Below, one piece after another: positions 48,226 through 61,574 of a DNA stretch of 64,000 bases; the stretch's first letter is position 1; every line of letters starts with the position of its first letter. The stretch comes from Oculina patagonica (lineage: Eukaryota), in assembly GCF_052425735.1 (NCBI RefSeq), contig NC_135759.1, positions 43,834,001 through 43,898,000 of the forward strand, written 5' to 3'. Made by a program: the position numbers and the translations under genes. Below the pieces are notes generated by a model. The model searched no databases. It worked only from the letters and a program-made list of their open reading frames with translations, and was not told where the DNA came from.

Positions 48226-51200
48226 TTAAAAGTTAACTGGTCTGATCTTCATCCCAACTTGTTTAAGGGAGTAGTGATATCCTTTCCAGTGACTCCAGTT
48301 GACACCATCAGCAGTTGACGAGTGCTGTCCGTGATGATACAGACCGTTCAGGTTGGAGTGATGACAGGACGCGTACCACCAGGCTCCTTTATAGGACACA
48401 GCACAGTTACCACCCGAGCTGTCATTATCCAGATCTTTTGTCGAAAACGGTTTACCATTATGTATGGTAGAAAGAGAATCACTGGCAGATCCTAAAAAGC
48501 GAAAAGGTTTAGTTACTTTATTAAAAAAAATCAGTCAAGTTGTATATTTAAACTATTCGCCCCAGTCCCTTACAAGAGCGAGTATAAATAAGAGCCCTGC
48601 ATCTCATTTCGGCCCAGTTCGCGTAAGAATCCTTCGCTTCTGTTACCTGATTTGTTGTAATAGCAAATTTTCAAACTCCGTTTTGGCCGCTGTCTTTCAA
48701 GCTTAAGCATTTCTTCGACGCCTTTACACTTCTGCAGCTATCCAGTCCCAAGTCCGGCACTATCTGGTAAAGTAGCGTCGTGTATTTATCTGTTTTATTC
48801 ATTTACTGGCTTGTTTTTTCCTACCACGTGTTCCCCAGTTATGTGTCATATTTGCCTCACAAATCTCTCGTTTGTGCAGCATTTTTTCCTCGGTTCCCTT
48901 GCTTAAGTTTGCACGCTTGTACTGTTGTAAATGTTTATTTTATGCGTGCTTCGCCTCGCAAACTCCGGGTTTGTGATTGAAGTGCTTTTCCTGTCATTCG
49001 GCTCCCATCACTTTTTGCACACTTTTGTTCGGTTTATTTGTTATGTTAGTGTGCTTCGCCTCGCAAACATCGGGTTTGTGCAGTGCTTCGCTGTTGCACA
49101 CGTTTATCTGTTATGTTGGTGTGCTTCGCCTCGCAAACAACGGGTTTGTGCAGTGCTTCCCTTTTGCACACGTTTATCTGTTATGTTGGTGTGCTTCGCC
49201 TCGTAAACATCGGGTTTGTGCAGTGCTTTCCTTATGCACACGTTTATTTGCTAAGTTTGTGCGTCGCTTCAGTCACAAACATCGGGTTTGTGCAGTGCTT
49301 TCCTTTTGCACGCCTTTAATTTATTTAGTCAGCGTGCTTCGCCTCGCAAACACCGGGTTTGTGCTGTGCTTTCCATTTTCTTTTCCTTTCTTCCCATGGT
49401 AGCCTGAAAGGGTGCCTAATGCCCTAGTCGGATTACTGACGCTCAGGCTGCCATCCCTTGGGTGGGTTTTCTCGTGTATTTTCCAGCGCCAAATCTTTTT
49501 GTCCTATGCCATCTTATTTATCCTGGATTTTAAGTACTTCGAGTGCTGCCACCCAAGGGAAGGCAGTCTAGCCTCAGTTGTTGTGTGGTTTGTTTGTGTG
49601 AAAAAGTGCTCAGCCATAGGCCGTGGATAGCGAACTTTAGCCCCTGGAACCTAGTTAAGACCAGAATTTTTGAAGCCCTGAATTTTTTCAGGCTTCTTTA
49701 TTCCAATTGCTTAAATTGGAAATTCACTGCGATGATCATTCATCACTTTCAGTTAAGACCTTGTCAGCTACAGATTGGTTAGTGTCTTCCTGGTCTTTCG
49801 TCTTCAGTTATGGGTTGCTGGGTAGGATTTTTCTGGTTTGAGTCTTGGGTCTTTGGGTTTGAGTATTGGCGATTTTTTGGGTCATCTGGTTTTCGGCCAT
49901 GTAATGCGCGGACTTCTGGGCGCGGGAGCATATCTCCATCTCTTATTAGCGAGCGTGAAAGGGACTGTCGCGAATAGTATGCTATTCGCGCCAGTCCCTT
50001 ACAAGAGCGAGTATAAATAAGAGCCCTGCATCTCATTTCGGCCCAGTTCGCGTAAGGATCTGAGCTGTTGTGGCCGAGACCTGTTGTTTATTCCTTTCGC
50101 ACTTGCCTCTCTATGCTACCGTGCTTTTTCTTTTCCCACCCTCCCTCGCCCTTTCCATTTCCGTTTACAACTCACCAAAGCGCGGTCGCATACCTCCATC
50201 TCTTATTAGCGAGCGTGAAAGGGACTGTCGCAAATAGTATGCTAAACTCGCCGTTCACTTAACGACTGCTCCCGAGGGAACAGTAAACCCTCAAACGTAC
50301 ATGCAGAGTTATACAGAGTCTTTAGCTTGCTCTACATGAATGCGTATTTTTTGTTGGCTGCGACGTCAACCAACGTCATATGGCGTCATTAGAGCCAAAA
50401 TCGTGTACCCGCCATCTTGGATTTCACAATTGTATTAGAAAAACAGAAAATAACGGGAATTCATACAAATCAAGGAAGAATGCTAATTCAATGTAAAATT
50501 ATACAAATCGCATAATTTGTTTAAAAAAACAACTGGAAAAATTAAATAATTATGTCAAAAATGACGATATTTGGCGAAGCCTGCTTACGTCAAAACTCAT
50601 GGACGCATATTTGACATATCAAACTTTTCGCAAATGGTGAATGAACTGCCAACGAAAGTTTCAGCAACAAAGAGTAAACCCCTTTTTATTGCAAAAAAAA
50701 GCTCGAAGAGGGTGGCATCCACCCTCTACCTGAGGGTCTCAATGGGTAAGGGTAAGGGTAATAGTTTTCCCGAGAATCTCAATGTTTCCGGTGGCGGAGC
50801 CGAACATTGAGAGCCGAGGGAAACAAAATTAATTGGTTTCCCCATTAGCCAGTTATTAAGCAATTTGTTATAGCACAACGAAAATACTAGAAAATGCAAT
50901 AAGCGCCCTGTTGGGGAGATCAAATTTTTCTATGGTGTACGCATATAAATGATGATGTCATAAAATGTTCAAAACGCAAGTGGAACCACGAGCCGTTAGG
51001 CTAGTATTTTCACTGCAAAGTGTTCATTGGACATTTTAATTTCTATGATTTATAATAGTGTGTATCATGAAAAAAAATGTTTGATTTATTTTTAAATTTA
51101 TTTTATAACGCGGAGAATTTTTTTAGGTATTACATGGAAAATAAGTGCGAAATCGCGCGCGCACCACGAGCGACAGCTCGGAAGATCGCATTTTTTTACT

Positions 51201-54200
51201 TTAAGCCGACTAATGCGTGGTAAATTTCATCAATAATGTTCAACTTGCTGGATTCTATCTAAAATACAAACTACTTGCGGAGCTCCCGCGGGTGCCAAAG
51301 TCGCGCGCAAGTGAAGCGCCATACCTCAGAAAATTCGGAAACCCATAAGCTCAAAAATTGTGTTTGTCACGTGATTGTCCGTCCTGCTTACGTACCTACA
51401 TACGTACGTTTAATGTCGCTTCTTTACTGTCAAACAAGGACATCCAAAAGCATCCAACCGTTTTATGTGTAAAACGAACTTTTCATAAAACACGCGTAAA
51501 CTCATCTTGAACTACCATGATGCACTGTAGGAGAGAAATTGGCATTTTGGAATTTTGTGCGCATGCCATCTTTAGTACTAAAATGACGAGAAATTAAAAA
51601 TAAAGCTTAATTTGTATTTAAACTGAAAGGCAACATATTAGTGTCTCAATTACTTTATTGTTTTAGAAAGTTTCTTTTACATTTCAGAGGCCCGTAATGT
51701 TGTCATAAGGAGATCTGCTGTGGTTGAAAGTTTGAGGCTGTTTAAGTAAAAAGTTATTGCGATTTTCAAGTCACATTAACCCACCATTTGTACTAAGTAC
51801 ACACAATGAAAGTTTTTTCAAAACTTAACACATATAAGTTACACAAGAAAGCAAGAAGAACACCAAGATAAAAAACTTACTGTTAATTGATTCTAAAACT
51901 AATGAGGTACCTGAATATGATCCAAGACTCAGACTGTATTTAGATGCCTCATCGCCGATTGCAAACGAGTCGTACTCAGCAAATCTAGTATCTCCTTCCC
52001 AGTCTTTTAGATCCACTCGAAGTTTGCCATTTTCACTTTGGGTTAGGCGGTGTATCTTGTCTAACCCAAGCCAAAACTCCCCATTCAAGTTGCCAAATCC
52101 ACTCTTGTAGTCGGTCCAGTCGCGGTAAAAATCAACGGAGCCGTCCAGTCTCTTTTGGAACACTGTCCACCCCCCACCGGCTGTTGTTTGGTCACAGAAC
52201 ACATCAAAGGCACCTGAACCATCAGGGTCGATTGAATAAACACCGCTGATTCTTTCACCAGATTTGTACAGCTCAGCACAGTTTCTCTTTGCTGAGAAAA
52301 AAAATGGTAACGATTGACTTAGGTTACGTATAAATGTACAAACTCGTATGGTATTTCTCCGTTCTTCCTATATCTTTTGGCAATAGGTTCTTTAATCTTG
52401 TTATCAGCTAAAAATAACAATGGTCACGAGTTCGACTTCGTTCTTTCCCTGTTCTTTGCGCGCGGAAAAACTCAGTAACAAAAACGGGGTTTATTTCAAA
52501 CAACAAAACAAAGAACCAATCAATCAATCAATCGATCGTTTCAATCAATCAAAACTTTATTTTACGAGGGTGACACGTAATAGTTTTTTCAATTGATATA
52601 TTTGTGGCCCTCTTAAATGCACTAAACCTTGGAGATTTTCATGCACCAATTTACAAGGTTAATTAACACTTCATTTCTCACAAGAATCGAATAAGTTTGA
52701 CTGAACTTGGCAGGCAATCTCAGAGAGCAATTAGTTCGAAATCTACCAATCACAACTGACAGTCTTGACCTTTTGACCCGAAAGAAGTGAATTTCTGTTT
52801 CCCGAGAGGTCTGCTAAGATGATTGACGGCAGCAAAAAGCGTAAACCGTCAGTCGAGAATAGAATTTCAGAGTTCGCATGTATATAGACGCAAGTATGTT
52901 ACTGGAAAATAACGACGACGCTCTTAACCAGCAGCTTTAACGTCTCAGACGTTAAAGGCGTCTAGCATAAAAACGGGACGGCGTTAACTAGTATAAAAAC
53001 GGTAAATAAGACAGACGCCTTTAACGTCTGATGGCTTTAACGTATTCGTCTCCAGTGTCCTCCGAGTGTAGAACCCAGACTTTTTTTATTTTTTATGCGT
53101 TCCGTTTTTATACCAGACGCCTTTAACGCCTTAGACGTTAAAGACGTCTAGACGACTTAATCGTCTCTAGCATAAAAACGGCCATTTACGTGATGCACGA
53201 AGAATGTTGTATTACTTACGCTTGCAATTGAAGACTTTCGATATTTCGTTAAACGAGCATGATTCTGCATTCATGCAACCGGTCAACTGGCAGTCGTGCT
53301 ATAGACAAATGAAAGAAGTAAGGAAAATTTGGTTGAAATTAATAATGTTGTAAATAAAATGAAATGAAAACTTTATTTACCCTCGATCTTATGAGGCGTG
53401 TTAGGCCTGTAGCATGTTTGGCTAAGGAAACCGAAAAAAATAAATACATGAATAGTGAAAAAAATGAAATAGGTTTCAAAGCCCTTAAGTAAATTCAAAA
53501 TAAAATAACATATAATATAATAAAATACTGAAAATACTATAAATAATTTAGTCGTTATATTGTGTAAAGTTGATTTCTCCTTACTGCCTTTAAAAATAAG
53601 ATTCATAAAAAAAGCCAGCCAAGCTAGCCAAGGGTTGTTATGTGTCCGGCTCTATCAATACATTTATACCTTTTGTTTAGAGAACAAGCCTAATATACTG
53701 GGTGAAGAAAATCAAACCTATAAATCAAAATACAATCAACTCTCAAACAAGTGCTTATAACGGACTTTCTGCACTTAACAGAAACTATTTTGTGAAATAA
53801 TACAATTTTTATAATAATTTTTATAATAATTTGTAAGTCTTTATTTAACAAGGGTAGAACTAAAATAGCATAAAAACACTAACAAACCAGTGGCCCTCAA
53901 TAATTATTTACAATTAAATATAAAAATACACAGAACAATACGAATATTAAAACTATGGATAATCTATGAAATATTACGAATAAAAATACAAGAAATACGA
54001 GATAAAATATTAAAAAGGTAAAAAGAGTAAAAGTGTAACTAAATTACAGAATTAAATGATTTAAAAGCTGCTGTTCTTTAAAAATTCTCTTCCAAAGAGA
54101 GATCCTCAACCAAAGTAAACCCATGCACACTGCTCCTTGGGTATAACTTAATTTAGTTTGTATTGTTTTTTAAACATCACCGAAGCGTTTACTATTGTTA

Positions 54201-55081
54201 GAATGAATATTTAGAATGAACCTATTAAAGTTATTGACTTAATTTTAATTTACCAACTTTAACCTTTTTTGCCAATCAGAATACTGAAATTTTCTGGATC
54301 TATTTCGCATTGTATTCTATAAGCTACTATTGTAATTAGAAATCTATGGTATCCAGGTGACGGTTTTGTTTATACCAAACTGTTACTGTTAAAATGTTTT
54401 TTAAGCTTACCTTACTAAATATTTTATGTTTAAGATAAAACACAAATTTTGGAAAAGATTTTGACGCGATTTTTTTGGCCAACTATTTATTAATCTGATG
54501 TAGAAATGAATAAATTCATATTGAATTCAAATGACCTTTACTAAATAAATTTAATAGAGAACATGGTACCGCGAGTTTGCTGGGTAACTCTTAAATTTGT
54601 CTAGCTGCAATTCGGCGTTAAACATTAAATCAATATACTGAAATGGTTAAAAAAGCAGTTGACCTTTTTTATACTTCGAGTGTACCTGTGAACATTGTTT
54701 TATTTTTTCTAAAAAAACGCTTCTTCTTACCTTCATGTCGTAAAATTGGGTATAAACCGTTTCTTCGTCGTATTCGAGTTCTTTCTCTTCGTTAGGCAAC
54801 AATACTTGCTTCTCGTTTAATTCACAAATTCCTTCAGTTCCGTCAGTACTTGAAGCTTTGCGAAAATTTGATGAAACACATCGAGGGTTTCTTTGACATT
54901 GTAAAGTGCAAGACAGCTGACTAGAGGAGTGAAATGTCTTGAAAGTGAAACCTTTTAGCCGGCGATGATTACGGGTTATCAGAAAGGGACGAGACGGATA
55001 ACTTTCATTTAAAGCAATTGTTCGAGATACTGCAATATTAAACACAAACGCTGCAGTAAGGAAAGGAAAATAGATTTTCAT
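48226..55081 (-). CDS. FReD lectin copy 4 (signal peptide + PAN/apple + EGF-like + FReD)
   Basis: Exons 55081-54731, 53298-53220, 52291-51911, 48491-48226; same structure as copy 3. Confidence 0.88.
48553..50241 (+). mobile_element. Non-autonomous tyrosine-recombinase retroelement (Ngaro/PAT/DIRS-like split direct repeats)
   Basis: A1 48553-48627, B1 49928-49981, A2 49982-50056, B2 50188-50241; no TSD; empty site at ~37790; internal ~63-bp tandem array at 48940-49375. Confidence 0.78.
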
Positions 55082-56962
55082 TTCGAAATCGTGTCGCCAT
55101 TCACACAAACGCGGTGGACTGCATGTGTCTTAATAATGCATGAAACGAAATTAAAGTGTTTTGGAATTTAGTATTGTTTACCTTTATCGAGACATCTTCA
55201 ACAAGAACAATTAAATTGAATTAAAACATACTGTGAAATTTATTGTCAATCTATCGGAGTTCAGAGCGACCGAACAAACGTTGTTGAAACGTGTGATTAA
55301 GAAATTTTTTTTTTTTTTTCAGTTTAGTAAAAATATTACTGAATGCAATGGAATTTGTGTGTTTCTCCAAGACCGAATTTCACAGTCCCTTTATACCGAT
55401 TGTATGCGCAACAGCGGAAGAGGCGCAATCAAATCTTTCATGATTTTTTTAATTTTTTTTTTAAGTTAATTCAACTGTAGGAAGAAGTACAGAATTAGAA
55501 GGGACTATTTAATTGGTCATCAAAATTCACTTTGCTTCAAGGTATAGCTGTTTATATCGTTTTCATCTTGTTTATTCCTAACTCTACGGGAGTCTAAGCT
55601 TAAAATACGTGTTAAAACAATGGTTCTTGGTTTGATTTGCGCGACATCTGGAAAGAACTTGGGAAATTCTCAGGACAGCCAGTCTTTTTTTGGAGACCGC
55701 TGTTTAGTCTGCCTTGAAATGCTGCACCTGTAGGGTGCGCACAAGTGCGTGTATTTTACGGTTCACCTGTTCAGAGAACTGTTATAAGAATTCCTTGAAT
55801 ACTGAAAACATGGAGTGATTTATATAGATTTGAACTCTTCTGAACTTTATTCAAAAGACAAAAGCTTATTCGTTGATCAAAACCATAAAGTTTTATTCCG
55901 AATCAATCGAGGAGAAATACTCGAGGGTTTTTCGCTGTTAATGTAGCCAATTTCGAATTTTTTATAGCTTATGTTTTTCTAATTCATAGAAAAATTTAAT
56001 AAAATGAGTAGTTCCTGTTCGTGACGCCCGTTAAAAAGCCCGTTAAAGTGCAAATACAATAAATTTTCTTAATAGGAAGTACTGGCGAAATTAGTCCGCT
56101 ATTATACGTTTGCTGTTCAATCAAAACTTCATGTTTCAAGCTGGAAAAATAAAAGGAATCTTTGGTGTCATTATTACAAACAGATATCTTCCCTGGGAAG
56201 GAAGGAATTAACACACGTATACCATGCCCGAGTTTTGAACTTATACTATTAAATAGAAAGACCTGCGATTAAATAAAGCAAGACTTCAACGTCACTGGAG
56301 GGTAAAATTTTGGAAGGAGAGGGGGGTGAAGTTGGAGGTGCGGGGAAGGGGGGGGGGTGGGGGTGGCGAGGAGTGGTGGTATTTCTTTGTAGCTACTTTC
56401 TAATTGAGTTTCTGACTTCCTGCAAGGAAAGAAAGGCTTAAAATCATGCACTCTAAACCATTTATATCCTCACCCAGCAAATTACTCTTTTATCACGATC
56501 GTTCTAGGACGCCGATAATTTCAGCTAACAGCTATGCAATTATAACCGCAAGACGGTGCCTTTGAACTTCTTTGATTGACACTCGTGGCATTGTACATGC
56601 TAGACTGTTTTGATCATGACTTAGGTGGAATAATTAATTTCACATTTGGCTGATTATGGCTGAAAGGATTAGTCTGATAATAAAATGCTTTTGTTTTGTT
56701 ATTTAAATTAAGAACACGGAAGGTCGCATCGATCGATATATAGAGGAGCCAACTTTGCTGCAACATATTCTGAGAACTTGCAAATTTCTCTCGTGTTTAG
56801 TGGATTGTTTCTATGCCCTGTATTATTGAGCTAATGGTGAAAAGAATTACAGCATTTATTCGTCCGAAGGCGTGGACTCATAATGGCGACCGATCGCTTT
56901 GATCTCATTACACCTCGCGTGTGATCGTGTCGCTACGTAGATGATACAGGACACTGTTCACG

Positions 56963-59900
56963 ATGTCTCGAAAGATTAGCAACTGCGATGACTTCAGTAG
57001 AACTTCATTTCAACAAAACGGAAAACGGTACACAGTACAAAGACAGGACTCCTCCGTATCAAGCCAGAGCAGCAAAATTGGAAATGACAAAGTTTTCGAC
57101 CTGTTCTTCTGCATCTTGAAATGGTTCACGGCAGCGTTCCTTTTCATGGCTGTTTTATTTTGTGTTGTAACAAGCAAGATTTGCTTGCTGGTTCTAGGAC
57201 AGCAGTTTAAAAATGTCAATCAAACTAAAGTAAATGCTATACAAGAATATTCTGAAGAGACCAGCAAACAGGCTTTAGTCTTAATGCTTGTTCTCGCTCT
57301 AATCATTCCGCAAGCTATGTCTCTGATTTACGCTTCTTGGACAAGTTTGAGAAGGAAAAGTCGACCTTGGCCAACAAAGAAAGCATTGATACTGGTAAGT
57401 CCAACATTATTTTTCAGCGTTAGCCATTAATGACAGTCTGGTTGGTGTTATCCTTAATTTGATTATAACCTCCCCCTATTGGGGCTTGAAATTGAGCAAA
57501 AGGCTATGACTCATACCAAATCTTTTAGGGAAACTAATTAATGCTGTGTAAACTAATAGAGTGGACGCTGTCCACGGCAAACTTTGCAAAACGCCAAACT
57601 TTTCAATTAAATTGTCACAAGGCGCTTATTTTTAAGCATAGATTTAAATGTAAATTAAAGGATCACGACAAATGCTGTGTAAACTAATAGAGTGGACGCT
57701 GCCCACGGCAAACTTTGCAAAACGCCAAACTTTCCAATTGAATTGTCACAAGGCGCTTATTTTTAAGCATAGATCTAAATGTAAATTATAGGATCACGAC
57801 AATTATCGGCCAAAGAAGTAATGCCCGTGAATGGGCCGCCATTTTTTGCTACTGTCTGTTGCAGATGAGCAGAGCGTCCTTTACTCTTTATTTTAAGGAA
57901 ATAGTGTCTTCCGCATTCTTTAAAATTTGATTGGTACATTTACACAATGTAATTGACATAACGGGATTTTGTAAATCCACGCAAAACACTGATAATTTCA
58001 ACAGCATTGTTGGAGAATAGAGCCTTTCAGCAACATATCTTGAACTTTCCATGAGGCCAGGAGAAAATGTTGTAATTGGGCGAAATTTTTTTCCCGCAAA
58101 TCGTACTATAATTTTCATCGAAACAAAATTTAAATGGTGCAATTTTTTTAGGCTAATTCACTTTGTTTGCCAGTGCTAGTCACGATGAACTCAAAGCCGA
58201 ATAGCCGCGGGGAGAGAATACTAGTTTCATCAAGAAAAACCCTGTTTAACCTTGGTTTCTGATATTTTGTTTGGCCCTATAACTATGGAAACTCAAGTGG
58301 ATTGCCATTCGTGCATAAATGAGAAAATCAAACACTTAGTTGCGCTAGAATGACTGAACGGTGTTGTGAGGTTTGCAACGCTTGTAATTTGCAGCAGCGA
58401 TTATCGCTTTTATTTACAATATTCCACTCCGTTACAACTTTCTGTAAGAAAAGAAACGAGTAAAATCATGCGCTCAAAACCATTTGAATAGTTGACCCAA
58501 GCGAATAAGACCATTGTCTTGGAACGCAGATAATTTCATAATTTTATTGTAGACGCGAGACGCCCGTCTGGGTTAAATACCTTGGTATTTTGATAGATAA
58601 AAAACAGAACTGGAAAGCCTACATCGATCTTATCGCAACAAAAATTAGTAAGACCATAGGTATAATAGCCAGACTTAGACACTTAGTACCACTACAAACC
58701 CTTATTCAAATTTATCAGTCGTTAATTTACCCTTATTTTATCAACGGCTTAAGTTATTGGGGACAGGCCTCTAAAGTTAAAAAACTTTTCATCATTCAAA
58801 AACGGGCGCTACAGCTAACGAAATTTTTTAAATACACATAACTATGCAATCCATTCTTCGTCAAAAATAGTACTTTGCATTAAAATTATCTTTTAATCGA
58901 ATCCATTTCTATCCTTCTGTATGATGTTAAATTGTAAATATTTTAAATATTTCAAATTTATTCAAATGGTTAGTCATTCTAGTCTTCTCGGATAAGGACG
59001 ATAAACCGTAGGCCCCGTCTCCTGTATCTTCAGTGTTATAATCAGCAGGGGACGTTAAAGAACCCCCACACTCATCGCAAAGAGTAGGGCATGTATGTGT
59101 AATGAACTCCAGACTAGAAATACTTATAAATTCATTATTAGGTCTTGGAGCTAATTATGGAACGCTATACTAAAAAGGTTAAAACAATTACAAGAAAGTA
59201 CTTTCAAAAAAGATATACACAATAAGCTTCTACAAATTAAAAAAGAATATGAAGATTTCTATCTTGATCCACCCTCTATTACTGAAAAAATTAACTCATT
59301 CTAAACCTTATCTAATTCCCTATTTAGTTTTCTCGTGCTATCGAATTAACTTATGTTAACGTATCGTGTTAACTTATCTATTTTGCAATTTACATAATTA
59401 TTCATTGTTTTATTCATTTATTGTATTTAGTGCTAAAATTTCCTTTTCTTAAAACCGTTGTAAGAACACGAACGCTCGTATCAATTAAAGGTCATTAAGT
59501 GACTTTGTGCTTATACAGTGGAACCCCGATATAACGATCTTCGATATAACGATATTCCCGATATAACGATGAATATGTTATGTCCCGGCAATAGTAAAAT
59601 GTATGGGACGGAACCCCGATATAACGATTCCTCGATATAACGATATAATTTTACTGCCCCCTTGGCAGGGTCGCCCACTACCTCTCGGAACGAGTTAATT
59701 CATTGGTTCTTAAAACAATAGATAACAGGTGACAACAATGCCCCTAGCCCTGAACAACAATAGAGGTAGTGTTTACAGCGGGCGAATGAAAATAGAGGTT
59801 CCAGAGAAGTAGTGTCTTACTGCCTTGGCATATCGTTATATCGGGGTTCCACTGTATATGCTAAGACAGAGCCAGCTCGTGCACGGGAATTGCACATTGA

Positions 59901-61519
59901 AAATAAATAGAGATGACTTCATGGTTAGTGAGCGCGTACATCCATGACGGTACTCATTTTTCTTTTTAGATTGTGATTGTGGGTTGCTGGAAACTATTTC
60001 ACTTTGTTATATTTCCATGGTGATGCTGACTGTTTTGCCAATGAACCCGGACACCATTGTATTGTTCATGTGCAGTTTAGCCGTGGTGCCCGCGATATGG
60101 CAAGCCGCTGAATCACGATTACGTTGGGAAACCGCTAGTGGAAAGTTGGATGTCTTCAAGTTCACAACGTCTTTTGTTAGTGCTACAATTGGTATTATCC
60201 TCCTGTCTTTGAAGGTAACTCTCACAGTTAGTAAGGACACCTTCTACATTTATATGGTATACAAGTTTATGCTCTTTCCTTAAGAAGCGCCCGTGAGAAT
60301 TAATGGTTTCACGCGACATCCCGGGAACCTACACCATAAAATTACCATTTGGGGAGCAGGGATAGCGCAGTGGTGAGAACGCTCGCTTTCCACCAATGTG
60401 GCCCGAGTTCAATTCGCGAACCCGGCGTCATGCGTGGGTTGAGTTTGTTGTTGGTTCTCGTTCCTACTGTTACCGCCAGAAACAGTTTATTTTTCTATGA
60501 TTGTGACATTTTGTTTAAGGTGGCTGAATACAGTTTTTACGTGCATCAAAGGCGCGCGCTACGATTTTCTGCTTGACGTCATTATTGCTCGCGCGGCCTA
60601 AAATGGCGCGAGCAACTCTAAACAGAAACGAAAAAGAGTTCCATCTGTTTTGCCACGTTTTACCAAATTTGTATACAAAAGAAAATTTCAAAATACTTTC
60701 AGATAGGTATCGAAACCTGGGACGGAAAGCAATACGACAAAAAGTGTGGATAAACAACCGACAGAGAAGTTCTAATTCTGTCTTTCATTATCGCTCGCGA
60801 CGCATGGCGTCATATTAGCGCACGCTCGCACACCCAATTTGATTCGCTTCGGAGGTCGTAAAAGTCAGATTTTGATCCAGATTTTCTCGAAAACCTACCG
60901 TACAACCTATTATGAAACTTTCACAATTAAATTTAAGTGGCGAACCACGTCCACGGCCAAAATTTTAAAAAAATCTGTAAGACAGATTTTGAGCTATTTT
61001 AAAAATCGGCAAAATATCACATTTTCCTATTTTGCGAAAAATCTGTCTTACAGATTTTTATATTATTTTGCATGAATGATAAATCAAAGCCAATTTCTTA
61101 TTTCTGAAATTTTGAGGTAGGGTCGTGCGGGTAGATTTTGAGAAAAACGCCGTTTAAACTACTAGTGCCAGTCCCCTCATAAGCACTCGGCCGTTCATTT
61201 AAGCTGTTTATTAGCATTTTTATTTTCCAAATATCACATTAGATGGTTTTAGGATGTGAAAAACAGTGATAAGAGAAAGACAAAACTTTTTTGGAGATTG
61301 TACAAGAGAGTTAAAGGTTGGACTGATTTGCCCTCTCAAACTGTATTAAGCCACCTTAAGTGACAAAGTAGTATGTGAAACTTAGTAACCACCCAGATAG
61401 AGTCACATGGCATGGATTTGTAAAACTTGGATGGACGTGTCTGTGGCCAATTGCTGTCGTTATGCGAGTTCAATGGAAGCTAAAGAAGCAGCGTCAACAC
61501 TGTCTCCGAGAGTTTTCAA

Positions 61520-61574
<55 letters not shown>

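Noticed and set aside
48931-49402. Repetitive ORFs and a CRISPR-like look in the ~63-bp array
   Set aside because: Whole units repeat with no unique spacers, there are no cas genes and the context is eukaryotic; it is a minisatellite inside a retroelement.
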